Part shown: in pieces, positions 16,789 to 26,363 of the stretch
How the letters are laid out: each line of letters begins with the position of its first letter
Numbering within the stretch: the stretch's first letter is position 1
NCBI GenBank assembly: GCA_040383535.1
Contig: JBEIDH010000011.1
Coordinates: 421-64,420 of the forward strand
Direction: 5' to 3'
DNA length: 64,000 nt
Origin: Chthonomonas sp.
GTDB lineage: Bacteria > Armatimonadota > Fimbriimonadia > Fimbriimonadales > Fimbriimonadaceae
The notes under the pieces: model-generated
Databases searched by the model: none
The model's input: only the letters and a program-made list of their open reading frames with translations
What the model was told of the DNA's origin: nothing
Position numbers and translations under genes: made by a program

Positions 16789-19505
16789 TTCTTTGGCTTG
16801 GCTTTTGCGGTCTTGGGCTTGGCTTTGATGACTTTGCTGGTCGTCTTTGGCGCGGATTTAGCGAACCCACGCTTTACTGGTTTCTTTTTAGACGGTCCAG
16901 CCGCGACACGCGCTTTGATTAAATCCATCGCTTGGTCGGCTGTGATTTCTTCAGGGGAGATATCCTTGGGAATAGTGGCATTTGTGGTGCCATCCGTGAC
17001 GTAAGGACCGTAGCGACCGGAAAGGACTTTGACCTCACCCTGGGCACCTTCCAAAGTTCCGAACTTTTTGATCGGCTCAACCGGTGTTGTGGGTCCGCGT
17101 CCTGGGCGACCGGAAACTTTAGGTTGGGCGAGGATTTCGCTGGCTTCTTCTAAGGTGACGTCAGCGGCAATTCTCCAGTCTGGGATATTGCGAATTTCCT
17201 CTCCACACTTTACAAACGGGCCGTAGCGCCCGATGAGAACGACCACTGGCTCGCCCAGCTTAGGATCATTGCCAAGTTCGCGTGGGAATCGTACGAGAAG
17301 GGGGACATCGTCGGCGGTGACATCGCTCGCCTTCATTCCCGGAGGAAGAGAGATTCGCTTCGGCTTATCTCCGACCTCGATCTCGCCCGGCGTTTGCTCA
17401 ACTTCAAGATAAGCACCAAACCTTCCCGCTTTGAGGAAAACCTTTCTTCCAGTTGCGGGATCTTCGCCCAAGGAAGTTGGTCCGGCTCCTTTTTGTATGA
17501 TCAGTTCAATCGCTCGTTCGAGCGTGAGGTCAGCTGGGGGCATGTCCTCGGGGACATTGCCCGTGTTTCCAGTTCCGCCCTCTCCGCGCTGGACGAATGT
17601 TCCGTACCTTCCGACTCGCACGACAATCGGTTCATCAGAGGCTGGATCCTCGCCTAGAAGGAGCGCAGGGTAAGGGATTGAATCCGACTTCGCTTCAATC
17701 TGACTGGCAAGTCCGTCAGAATTTTCCCCAACGTAAAAACCTCGTAAGTGCTTGACCCAGTCTCGTTCACCATCGGCGATCTCGTCCAGCTGGTTTTCCA
17801 TCTTGGCGGTGAATTCCAGGTCAACCAGGTCCTCGAAATTGTTTTCAAGCAACTCGGTCACCGCAAATGCGGTGAAGGTTGGGATGAGTTCGTTCCCGCG
17901 CTTGAATACATAGCCCCGATCTTGGATCGTCCCCAAAATGCTCGCGTAAGTGGATGGCCTTCCTACTCCTTCTGATTCCAGCTTGCCGACCAAAGAAGCT
18001 TCCGTATAGCGGGCAGGGGGGGCTGTGTGGTGCTCGGCGGCATCAAGCTGCATAAGGTTCAACTCCATGCCAACGTTGAGGGTCGGTAGAACCGATTCCT
18101 TGCTTTCGAGTTCAGAATCCGGATCGTCGCTGCCTTCAACATAAGCTCGAAGAAATCCAGGGAAAGTGATCTGCCGACCACTTGCGTTGAACTTCAGCGA
18201 TTTACCTTCGGCGATGGTTTCCACTTCGACCGAGGTTCGTAAGAGCTGAGCCGCCATCATTTGGCATGCAATCGTGCGCTTCCAAATCAGTTCGTACAGA
18301 TCAAACTGCTCTTTGCTCAGGTAGTTCTTCACGGATTGAGGCGTCCGGGCTAAATCTGTTGGGCGAATTGCCTCGTGGGCTTCCTGGGCACCCTTTGCCT
18401 TTGTCTTATAGATCACGGGCTTAGCCGGGACGTACTCAGGTCCATACAGGTCGCGAATGACTTCTCTGGCTTGGGCGACAGCTTTTTCACTGAGGCTCAA
18501 GGAGTCCGTTCGCATATAGGTGATCAAACCAACCCGTTCGCCGCCTAGATCGATACCTTCGTAAAGGTTCTGGGCGATTTGCATCGTGCGGCGGGATGTG
18601 AACCGAAGCTTGCGGTTCGCTTCCTGTTGGAGCGTCGAAGTCATAAACGGCTTGGGTGGGGTTTCCATCCCAGGCTTAGTATCCAATGCGCTGACGAGCC
18701 AAGGCTTGCTCACCTTTGCGGCGGCCAGAAGTTCTTCCGCAATCCCCGCCGTGACGTGCAGCGATTTATCATCAAGACGTCCTGTCTCGGCGTTAAACGA
18801 CTTCCCGGAAGCAATGCGTTGATCGGAAACCTTCACCAGCTTTGCGGTGAAAGGCACATCCTTGTTCGGAGCAAGCTTGGCGACGAGATCCCAATACTCT
18901 GCACTCCTGAACTTCATGCGCTCACGTTCGCGCTGAACCGTGAGTCTAACTGCCACCGACTGCACGCGACCAGCGGACAGCTTCGGGGCAACCTTTTTCC
19001 ACAGCAACGGTGAGAGCGAGTAACCAACTAGTCTGTCCAAAATTCGGCGTGTTTCTTGAGCCCGAACAAGACCTTCGTCCAAGGCCCGTGGGTTACGGAT
19101 CGCTTCTGCGATGGCTTCTTGCGTGACCTCGTGAAAAACGATTCGGCTCACTTTGACGTTCTTGTTGAGCTTGAGGACCTGCAGAATGTGCCAAGAGATG
19201 GATTCGCCTTCGCGGTCTTCATCAGTCGCGAGTAAGAGCTCGCTGATCCCTTTGCTCGCTTTCTTGAGGTTATCGACATGACGCTTCTTGTCATCGGGGA
19301 TGATGTAGAGCGGCTCAAAGTCGGCGTCTATGTTCACGCCTAGCTTCGCCCATTTTTGTTTTTTGAACTCGGCGGGGATGTCCGTAGCGCTTTCGGGAAG
19401 ATCGCGAACATGACCAAAACTGGCTTGCACGTCATAACCGGAGCCTAAAAATCGGCCGATGGTTTTTGCTTTCGCAGGGGATTCAACAATGACGAGCTTT
19501 GACAT
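16785..19505 (-). CDS. topA: DNA topoisomerase I (type IA), Cys-less C-terminal repeats plus Lys-rich tail
   Basis: TOPRIM start KLVIVESPAKAKTIGRF. Four GR(Y/F)G(P/T/A)(F/Y) C-terminal repeats, and tail KKKPVKRGFAKSAPKTTSKVIKAKPKTAKAKPKK. Start at ATG 19505. Confidence 0.95.
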   Translation of the reverse strand: MSKLVIVESPAKAKTIGRFLGSGYDVQASFGHVRDLPESATDIPAEFKKQKWAKLGVNIDADFEPLYIIPDDKKRHVDNLKKASKGISELLLATDEDREGESISWHILQVLKLNKNVKVSRIVFHEVTQEAIAEAIRNPRALDEGLVRAQETRRILDRLVGYSLSPLLWKKVAPKLSAGRVQSVAVRLTVQRERERMKFRSAEYWDLVAKLAPNKDVPFTAKLVKVSDQRIASGKSFNAETGRLDDKSLHVTAGIAEELLAAAKVSKPWLVSALDTKPGMETPPKPFMTSTLQQEANRKLRFTSRRTMQIAQNLYEGIDLGGERVGLITYMRTDSLSLSEKAVAQAREVIRDLYGPEYVPAKPVIYKTKAKGAQEAHEAIRPTDLARTPQSVKNYLSKEQFDLYELIWKRTIACQMMAAQLLRTSVEVETIAEGKSLKFNASGRQITFPGFLRAYVEGSDDPDSELESKESVLPTLNVGMELNLMQLDAAEHHTAPPARYTEASLVGKLESEGVGRPSTYASILGTIQDRGYVFKRGNELIPTFTAFAVTELLENNFEDLVDLEFTAKMENQLDEIADGERDWVKHLRGFYVGENSDGLASQIEAKSDSIPYPALLLGEDPASDEPIVVRVGRYGTFVQRGEGGTGNTGNVPEDMPPADLTLERAIELIIQKGAGPTSLGEDPATGRKVFLKAGRFGAYLEVEQTPGEIEVGDKPKRISLPPGMKASDVTADDVPLLVRFPRELGNDPKLGEPVVVLIGRYGPFVKCGEEIRNIPDWRIAADVTLEEASEILAQPKVSGRPGRGPTTPVEPIKKFGTLEGAQGEVKVLSGRYGPYVTDGTTNATIPKDISPEEITADQAMDLIKARVAAGPSKKKPVKRGFAKSAPKTTSKVIKAKPKTAKAKPKK

Positions 19506-19633
19506 AACGGGACTTTGCAATTCTACGCGCACTTATTGTGGCGCATCTGAATCCTGACGCACTTTACCGCGAGAATGATCCAATTTTTCATTTCGCGAAA
19601 CGTTCCGGTACCAAAAACAGTTAATCTCTTAGG

Positions 19634-21049
19634 ATGAAGCGACTGCTGATTTGTTTTTCTGGGATTACTTTGATTTGCCAATCGGTGCTGGCGAGTGATA
19701 ACTGGTTTGGTATCTACCTGGAAGGGCAGAAGATCGGCTACTCGCGAGTTTGGGAAGAGCCCCTGCCAAAAGGAACGACCGGAAGGCTGTCGCTGAATAA
19801 AACGGTTCTAAAGTCGGAGATGATGGGTACCGCCCTGGAGATGGAAATCACATCCCGGAGCGATGTCGCTGCGAATGGTCGACCTCGAAAGATGGATTTC
19901 GTGACTACGAGTAGTGGGCGGACGCAAACCATTTCAGCGGTCTTTGATGCAAAGGAAGTCAAAGTCGCAATCGACAATGGTGGTCAAAAAAGTTCGAAGA
20001 CGATTCCACTCCCATCTGGGATCAAAGTCGTTGACGATCCCACCGCAGGGCTTGTTCTCGAGGGGATCTTACAAAAGGGAACCTATAAAGTTCACGTCTT
20101 GGACCCAACCACAATCTCGCTTGTGGAAAATGAAGTCGCCGTTCTCGGCGGGGCGAAAATGAGCATTGCCGGTAAAGAGGTCCAAACGACTTTGGTTGAG
20201 GTTCGCGATCCTCGGTCCACTTCCAAAATCTATTTTTCAGAGAAAGGTGATGTGGTGAAGATCGTCGGCGCGCTCGGGATGGAAATGCTTCCCGAGGAGA
20301 AGAAAGTGGCCCTATCAGGCTTTGGTAGCAACCGAATTGACCTTGGCGAAACTGCTGCGATCAAGGTTTCGCCAGGATTGCCTCAGCCACAAAACGCGCT
20401 CGTGGTGACCTACAAAATTTCGGGCGAGAATCTCCCGACAATCCCCAGCGATGCCTACCAATCCGCGACCAAAAATCCCGATGGGAGCATCATCCTCAAG
20501 GTCAATCCCACTTTTCCTGACCCTAAATCCAGCAAGACTTTAGGGGAAGTCGGAGTCAATGCCCAAACCTACCTAAAGCCGAGCATGCACATCCCCAGTG
20601 ATCAAAAGCGATTCAAGGATCTGGCGAAACAAATCGTTGGAACAGAAACCAATGCCGCCAAAGCCATGCGGCTGATTTCCATTTGGGTCGGCGAAAAAAT
20701 TGGGGTGAATGCCGGAATTGGAGTTTTACGCGATGCAAATGAGGTTCTGGATTCAAAAGAAGGAGTATGCAGGGATAACGCGATTCTCGCCGCGACCCTT
20801 CTTCGTGCTATCGGAATCCCCACAAAGGTGATCAGCGGTCTGATTTATGACCAGCAAGCGATGTACTATCATGCTTGGAATGAGTGTTGGGACGGCAAGC
20901 GATGGGTTTTGATTGATTCGACTCGGCCTCGCACCGATCAGAACGCGCTGAGGATCAAGCTTGGTCAGGGCAACGTAGAGGAGGCTTTTCTCTTCACCGT
21001 GCTCACCCGCGCGAAAGTTGAAGTACTAAACGTAAAGTACCGGAGTTGA
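19634..21049 (+). CDS. secreted transglutaminase-like cysteine protease domain protein
   Basis: Signal peptide plus C-terminal core EGVCRDNAILAATLLRAIGIPTKV...YHAWNECW...LIDST (Cys-His-Asp). Confidence 0.8.
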   Translation: MKRLLICFSGITLICQSVLASDNWFGIYLEGQKIGYSRVWEEPLPKGTTGRLSLNKTVLKSEMMGTALEMEITSRSDVAANGRPRKMDFVTTSSGRTQTISAVFDAKEVKVAIDNGGQKSSKTIPLPSGIKVVDDPTAGLVLEGILQKGTYKVHVLDPTTISLVENEVAVLGGAKMSIAGKEVQTTLVEVRDPRSTSKIYFSEKGDVVKIVGALGMEMLPEEKKVALSGFGSNRIDLGETAAIKVSPGLPQPQNALVVTYKISGENLPTIPSDAYQSATKNPDGSIILKVNPTFPDPKSSKTLGEVGVNAQTYLKPSMHIPSDQKRFKDLAKQIVGTETNAAKAMRLISIWVGEKIGVNAGIGVLRDANEVLDSKEGVCRDNAILAATLLRAIGIPTKVISGLIYDQQAMYYHAWNECWDGKRWVLIDSTRPRTDQNALRIKLGQGNVEEAFLFTVLTRAKVEVLNVKYRS

Positions 21050-21056
21050 TGACATT

Positions 21057-22160
21057 TTGAGATTTCTTCGAGTTGGTTTTTTGATCTTTGGTGCGGCCGT
21101 TTTTGGTTACATCTCGTTTACCTTTGGTCAGCAATGGCTGAGCGTCCTCTACAATGGTCTTCCTGATCGCGAGAAGGCGGTCAGTAATCAATTTGCCCAG
21201 CTTGCGGTGATCCTGGCTGGCGTTGGGGTTGGGGCGTGGGTAGGTTCTTCGATCGCACGATTGCTCGAACGAAGCGTTGGAGCATGGGACCAAATGCACA
21301 GCGGCGACAAGGTGAACATCTTTATCGGGGTTCTGTTCGGCGTCGTTATCACCGTGCCGTTCATGTTCATGTTCAACTCCCAAGGCGTGACCTCCGGGAC
21401 ATTGCTGAGCATCGCAATGATGGTCTTCTTGAGCGCGATTGCCGTGTATGCGATGCGATCTATGGAGGATGTCTTGCCTTGGTCGAAGAATTTTGGACGT
21501 GGAAAAAGGTCCAATTTTAAGATACTTGATACCAGCGTGATCATTGATGGGCGAATCTACGACGTTGCTCGGACCGGGTTCGTGGACGGACAACTGTATC
21601 TCCCAAAGTTTGTTCTGAACGAACTCCAGTACATCGCTGATCACTCCGACCCCCTTCGCCGTCAACGCGGTCGTCGAGGGCTAGAGGTTTTGAAGCAGAT
21701 TCAGGCGAAGTTTCCGCTAGAAGTTGGTTCGCAGGACAGGCTCGCACCGGAGGCGAGTGATGGTGTTGACGGGCGTTTGGTGCGCCTTGCGCGAGCCCTT
21801 GGAGCCGATCTCATCACTAATGATCACAACTTGAATCGAGTTGCTGACCTCCAGGATGTCCGAGTTCTGAACCTGAACGATCTTTCGGTTTCACTACGCC
21901 CGATGGTGCTTCCAGGAGAACCGCTGGAAGTTGTGGTGATGAAGGAGGGGTCTCAGTTTGGGCAGGGTATTGGATACCTCGACGACGGCACGATGGTTGT
22001 CATCGAAGGCGGAAAGCGTGCCTTAGGTACCGAGGTTGCGGTAATCGTAAATCAGGTTCACCAGACAGAACGCGGCAAGATGATCTTTGCCGAGCTTCCT
22101 CCGGAAGAGGGCGAAGATGCAGAGGTTGATCCACGAAAGTCCCCGAAACGCGGGAAGTAA
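21057..22160 (+). CDS. PIN and TRAM domain membrane protein (YacL-like)
   Basis: N-terminal TM helices, PIN (ILDTSVIIDGRI...ITNDHNL) and TRAM (GEPLEVVVMKEG...GTMVVIEGG). TTG start. Confidence 0.85.
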   Translation: MRFLRVGFLIFGAAVFGYISFTFGQQWLSVLYNGLPDREKAVSNQFAQLAVILAGVGVGAWVGSSIARLLERSVGAWDQMHSGDKVNIFIGVLFGVVITVPFMFMFNSQGVTSGTLLSIAMMVFLSAIAVYAMRSMEDVLPWSKNFGRGKRSNFKILDTSVIIDGRIYDVARTGFVDGQLYLPKFVLNELQYIADHSDPLRRQRGRRGLEVLKQIQAKFPLEVGSQDRLAPEASDGVDGRLVRLARALGADLITNDHNLNRVADLQDVRVLNLNDLSVSLRPMVLPGEPLEVVVMKEGSQFGQGIGYLDDGTMVVIEGGKRALGTEVAVIVNQVHQTERGKMIFAELPPEEGEDAEVDPRKSPKRGK

Positions 22161-22166
22161 GAGTGC

Positions 22167-22973
22167 TTAGGTGGATGCACGCTTAGGATCAAACCGATCT
22201 CGCAGATAATCTCCGATAATATTAAGGCTTAGGATGGTCAAGCTGAGTGCCAGGCATGGCCACAGGATGAGCATCGGGTTCGACTCAAGCTGTTCACGCG
22301 AATCTTTGATCATTGTTCCCCAACTTGGCGTAGGTGGTTGAACGCCGATCCCAAGGAAACTGAGAGCGCTTTCGGCGAGGATCGCTCCCGACAACTCAAT
22401 CATACTAACCGCTATCACCGTGCTTATCAGGTGGGGCAAAATGTGGCGTAGAATCACTCGCCAAGTCGGCATCCCCAAGGCGATTGATGCCGTAACAAAC
22501 TCACGTTCTTTAAGGGTCGTAACTTGAGTTTTGATCAGCCGCGCCATTGAGGGCCAAGCCGTAATCGCCAGAGCAACGATGACTGGAATAAGTCCAGCTT
22601 TCCAAAGCCCCATGATCAAAATAGCGAGCAAGATATCCGGAAACGCAAACATGCCGTCCGTGAATCGCATGAGCGGTTCTCGGATCCACTTGGGAGCAAA
22701 TACTCCGCACACGCCCACAAAGACTCCGATCAATAAGCTCAACGTTAAGACCGTGAGACCAACGATGAGGGACATCCTCGCTCCGAATGCCACCCTAGCG
22801 AATACGTCTCGACCCTGTTCATCGGTCCCGAACCAGAACTGAGCCGATGGTCCAAGTGATAAATCGCCTACAGGTTTTAGCGGATCATGTTTGATCATCG
22901 GGCCGAAAAGCGCAAAGAGCACCATGAACACGAGGAACCCGATCGCTAGATTGACTAACCAGTTCTTCTTCAC
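22167..22973 (-). CDS. peptide/nickel ABC transporter permease (DppC/OppC-like)
   Basis: BPD_transp_1 pattern, 6 TM, EAA-like loop (REFVTASIALGMP). Confidence 0.88.
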   Translation of the reverse strand: MKKNWLVNLAIGFLVFMVLFALFGPMIKHDPLKPVGDLSLGPSAQFWFGTDEQGRDVFARVAFGARMSLIVGLTVLTLSLLIGVFVGVCGVFAPKWIREPLMRFTDGMFAFPDILLAILIMGLWKAGLIPVIVALAITAWPSMARLIKTQVTTLKEREFVTASIALGMPTWRVILRHILPHLISTVIAVSMIELSGAILAESALSFLGIGVQPPTPSWGTMIKDSREQLESNPMLILWPCLALSLTILSLNIIGDYLRDRFDPKRAST

Positions 22974-23908
22974 GCCATTGCCTCCCGAATGCGAGGATCA
23001 ATGAATGGATTGAGGAGATCAACCAGAAGATTGATGAGGACAAACATTCCGCCAGCAATGAGTGTAGTGATCTGGATCACGGTGGAGTTTCCAGCCTGGA
23101 TTGCGATAATCGCGGTTGAGCCAAGACCAGGAATACCAAAGAAAGTTTCAATGATAAACGACCCAGTGAGTAAGATCCCAAAGTTATTGCCAATCGCGGT
23201 GATCACAGGCAAAATCGCATTTCTTAGGGCATGCTTCGTGATGAGCCGAAATGGCGGAACTCCCTTCGCTACGGCTAGCCGAATGTAATCCATGCCCATG
23301 ACATCGAGCATTGTAGATCGCATCAGCCGGGTGATTTGCGCCATCGGTCGGAGCGCAAGAATAATGACCGGAAGCAATAGGCCTTCTGGCGTATCATTGT
23401 AATACGCTGGCAATACGTCCATTTTTAATGCGAAAAGTTGTACAAATAATGGTCCAAGAACAAAGGTGGGAATAGTTACCCCAAGGGTGGAAATCAACAT
23501 TAAGGATCGATCGGGCCAACGGTTCTCTTTGAGGGCAGCAATGATCCCGAACACAATTCCGAAAACGGCTGCTACGACAGTCGCGCTGAAAGCAAGGATG
23601 CCGGTGAGGGGCAGCGTTCGCTTGACAATGTCTGCAACCGGCTCTTTACTTCCAGTCGAGCTTCGTCCGAAGTCCCCTCTTAGTGCATTGGAAACATACT
23701 CTCCATATCGCACTGGCCATGGACGATTGAGGCCCATTTGCTCTCGTAACCGATTGACCGTTTCGACGCTTGCTTTTTCACCGGCGGCGACGGTCGCTTG
23801 ATCCCCAGGGGCAATCTCATCCGCCAAAAAGGTCACGAGCGAGATGAAAATGAGGCTCAGGATGGCAAAAAGGAACCGGATCGCAAGATTTTTTGAAAGG
23901 GACTTCAC
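22970..23908 (-). CDS. peptide/nickel ABC transporter permease (DppB/OppB-like)
   Basis: DppB-type N-terminus and loop DYIRLAVAKGVP. 4-nt overlap with the downstream permease. Confidence 0.88.
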   Translation of the reverse strand: MKSLSKNLAIRFLFAILSLIFISLVTFLADEIAPGDQATVAAGEKASVETVNRLREQMGLNRPWPVRYGEYVSNALRGDFGRSSTGSKEPVADIVKRTLPLTGILAFSATVVAAVFGIVFGIIAALKENRWPDRSLMLISTLGVTIPTFVLGPLFVQLFALKMDVLPAYYNDTPEGLLLPVIILALRPMAQITRLMRSTMLDVMGMDYIRLAVAKGVPPFRLITKHALRNAILPVITAIGNNFGILLTGSFIIETFFGIPGLGSTAIIAIQAGNSTVIQITTLIAGGMFVLINLLVDLLNPFIDPRIREAMA

Positions 23909-23926
23909 TGGAGACTGATGCCGATG

Positions 23927-25387
23927 TTACCCATTGCGACGGGGAACAAGGCGGTCCATCTGCATCCGGTCAACCACGAGTTCGGCAGAAATGAGCACCA
24001 TCGGTAATCCATTTCCAGGCGTGGTGCTCGCGCCAACATAATAGAGTCCATCCTGTGTTTTAGCTTTGTTTCCAGGTCGGAAATACGCACTTTGCCAGAA
24101 ATCATGCGAGATCCCGAACGCAGCACCTTTTTCAAGGTTAAGTTCATTTTGCCACTCAATTGGCGACCAAGACGCCTCTCCCACGACTTTAGTCCGGTCA
24201 AATCCAACCTCATGCTCTAGGCGGTCAAAGACCATTTTCTTTAATGCCGTTGCTTCCTCGTCATTGAATGGGCGATCTAGGTTAGCGCATGGAATCAGGA
24301 GGTACAAATTTTCGTGGCCCGCTTCGGCCCTAGTTGGTTCGGAGCGTTTGCTGATGCAGGCATAAAATGCTGGATCTTCGGGCCTGGCCTTGTTGTGGAA
24401 GATATCATCTAAGTTTTTCTTGAAATCTTGCCCAAAGAAAACATTGTGATGGAGCAGTTCTGGCAACTCACCCTCGTAGTCTAAGTACAAAACGTACGCT
24501 GAGCACGAAAATCGTCGCTTCTTAATTTTGGGTCGCTTTTCGAGGACGCGTTCTGAGTACGGAAGGTCCGCATTGCTCACGATCGCCTTAGCCGCGATGA
24601 CAGTTCCGTCGGATAAATATACGTTCTTTCCTTCGATCTTGCACACTTCCGTATTGAGGCGAACATCTGCCCCGCGCTTGATCGCTAGCGCACTTACAGC
24701 TTCACAGATGGCTGGCATCCCGCCCTTGGGGTACCAAATGCCCTGACCATATTCCATGTAAGTCAATGTCGCATAGACCCAAGGGGCATCATAGGGGGAT
24801 AACCCGAGATACATCGTCTGAAAACTGAATAACATCCTCAGGCGAGGGTCGTCCATATACTTCTCAACCCGTTTCGCAAGGTTGCCGATCATCGCGTGTT
24901 CAACGACCATTTTGAGTTGCTTCGGACCGAAAAACTGCAATGGGTTGGTGAAGTTCTTTCGGACGAAGTTTGGAATGCTGGCCTCATACAATGCCGCTAA
25001 ATCGCCGATGAGTACTGGGTATTTCGCCGCATCCTTTGGGCCAGAAAGCTTTTCAATTTGGTCGAGCATCTTCGCGACGTTCGGCGTTCCATCAAGCCGG
25101 TTTCCGTCCCGATAAAAAACCCGATAAGAAGGATCGCAGAGCTCAATGTCCAAGTGATCCTCAAGCTTCTCGCCGACGTCTTTGAATAGCGACTTGAAGG
25201 GATCAAGCATCATCATCAGTGTCGGTCCGCCATCGAAGGAACTCTGTCCAACCTGCATCCGACGATTTCGACCACCGACCTGATCGGTTTTCTCAAGCAC
25301 GAGAACTTTTTCGCCAAGATGCGCTAGCCGCAATGCGGTGGCGAGTCCTCCAAGTCCTGCTCCAACGATGACAATCGGTTGATCCAT
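23927..25387 (-). CDS. phytoene desaturase family FAD oxidoreductase (CrtI/CrtD-like)
   Basis: IVIVGAGLGGLATALRLAHLGEKVLVLEK..VGGR dinucleotide fold; C-terminal GLYYVGASTTPGNGLP. Confidence 0.85.
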   Translation of the reverse strand: MDQPIVIVGAGLGGLATALRLAHLGEKVLVLEKTDQVGGRNRRMQVGQSSFDGGPTLMMMLDPFKSLFKDVGEKLEDHLDIELCDPSYRVFYRDGNRLDGTPNVAKMLDQIEKLSGPKDAAKYPVLIGDLAALYEASIPNFVRKNFTNPLQFFGPKQLKMVVEHAMIGNLAKRVEKYMDDPRLRMLFSFQTMYLGLSPYDAPWVYATLTYMEYGQGIWYPKGGMPAICEAVSALAIKRGADVRLNTEVCKIEGKNVYLSDGTVIAAKAIVSNADLPYSERVLEKRPKIKKRRFSCSAYVLYLDYEGELPELLHHNVFFGQDFKKNLDDIFHNKARPEDPAFYACISKRSEPTRAEAGHENLYLLIPCANLDRPFNDEEATALKKMVFDRLEHEVGFDRTKVVGEASWSPIEWQNELNLEKGAAFGISHDFWQSAYFRPGNKAKTQDGLYYVGASTTPGNGLPMVLISAELVVDRMQMDRLVPRRNG

Positions 25388-25435
25388 AAGTACAAGCTTG
25401 TTCTACCGTCTCTCGACTCCGTGCGTTTCTGACGA

Positions 25436-26224
25436 TTATCGCTTTATCACGGGCAACTGGGCAATAAAGCTGAGGGCGACCATCAATAGAGTCAGGATGC
25501 CAAGGACCCGCACAGCTATATTTCTGGAGCTTTCGGATGGAGGCGCGAAGCGTGAAAGCACCATCGCTCCCAGAAACGAGGTCACAAACCAGCCTACAGA
25601 ATTCAATAGTGGCACACCAAAACCGACATCCCCGATTGGCCACGACGTGTCAAGCCATGTCCAGTACTTGAGAGAATGGATCACGGCGAATTCGAGCGGT
25701 AGATCGGCGAGGGTTGCAAGCAAAGCACAGAGGAAAATCGCCCAGAAACCGGAAATTACTCTTGCCGTAATCGCATATCCACTCGCGACCATCATCACCC
25801 AAGCTAGTGGAAGCAACACAGGAAAAAAGTGCCCTCCTGGTAACACCACGACGGGTGCCCAAGCATCCGTGTAAGCATATTTGCCGAAAGGAAGTCCAGT
25901 ATAGATTCCGAGTATTTCGGATCCTGCCCCAATAAAGACTAATCCAGTGAACGCCTTAATTGCATTGGAACTAGATTCATCCCGGGCGATTTGGGTTAGT
26001 AACGCCATTACGCCTGAACAAAGCGTCGCTGCTCCGGCAATGGGCTTGATCAGGCCGGGATCGGTACCCAAAAGGCGCTCCGCCAGCGAACCAAGGATCG
26101 AGAAGATGACAAGCCCAAAAAAGAGCTGGTACCAACGATTCGGGCGGTCATCGTTTCCCATTTTCAAACGGTACCCGATCCTTTGGTGCAAATCAGAACG
26201 GATGTTGGGTATTCTCCCGTCCAT
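25436..26224 (-). CDS. carotenoid biosynthesis membrane protein (CruF/Caroten_synth-like)
   Basis: Multi-TM protein with the GLPFGKYAYT motif typical of this family, adjacent to a CrtD-like gene. Start is uncertain (GTG 26227, ATG 26224 or ATG 26161), because the 5' end abuts the tRNA gene. Confidence 0.6.
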   Translation of the reverse strand: MDGRIPNIRSDLHQRIGYRLKMGNDDRPNRWYQLFFGLVIFSILGSLAERLLGTDPGLIKPIAGAATLCSGVMALLTQIARDESSSNAIKAFTGLVFIGAGSEILGIYTGLPFGKYAYTDAWAPVVVLPGGHFFPVLLPLAWVMMVASGYAITARVISGFWAIFLCALLATLADLPLEFAVIHSLKYWTWLDTSWPIGDVGFGVPLLNSVGWFVTSFLGAMVLSRFAPPSESSRNIAVRVLGILTLLMVALSFIAQLPVIKR

Positions 26225-26227
26225 CAC

Positions 26228-26317
26228 GGTGAGATGGCTGAGTGGTCTAAAGCGCCCGCCTGCTAAGTGGGTAACTGGTTTTCCGGTTCTCGAGTTCGAA
26301 TCTCGATCTCACCGCCA
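26228..26317 (+). tRNA. tRNA-Ser (anticodon GCU), CCA encoded
   Basis: Manual cloverleaf: acceptor GGTGAGA/TCTCACC, D stem GCT/AGC, anticodon stem CCCGC/GTGGG with loop CTGCTAA, long variable arm, T arm TCGAG-TTCGAAT-CTCGA, then G-CCA. Confidence 0.95.
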
Positions 26318-26363
26318 CCTTTCTTGAAGTCGAGAATCGTCGAGCGGACAATTTGGAGTCTTG

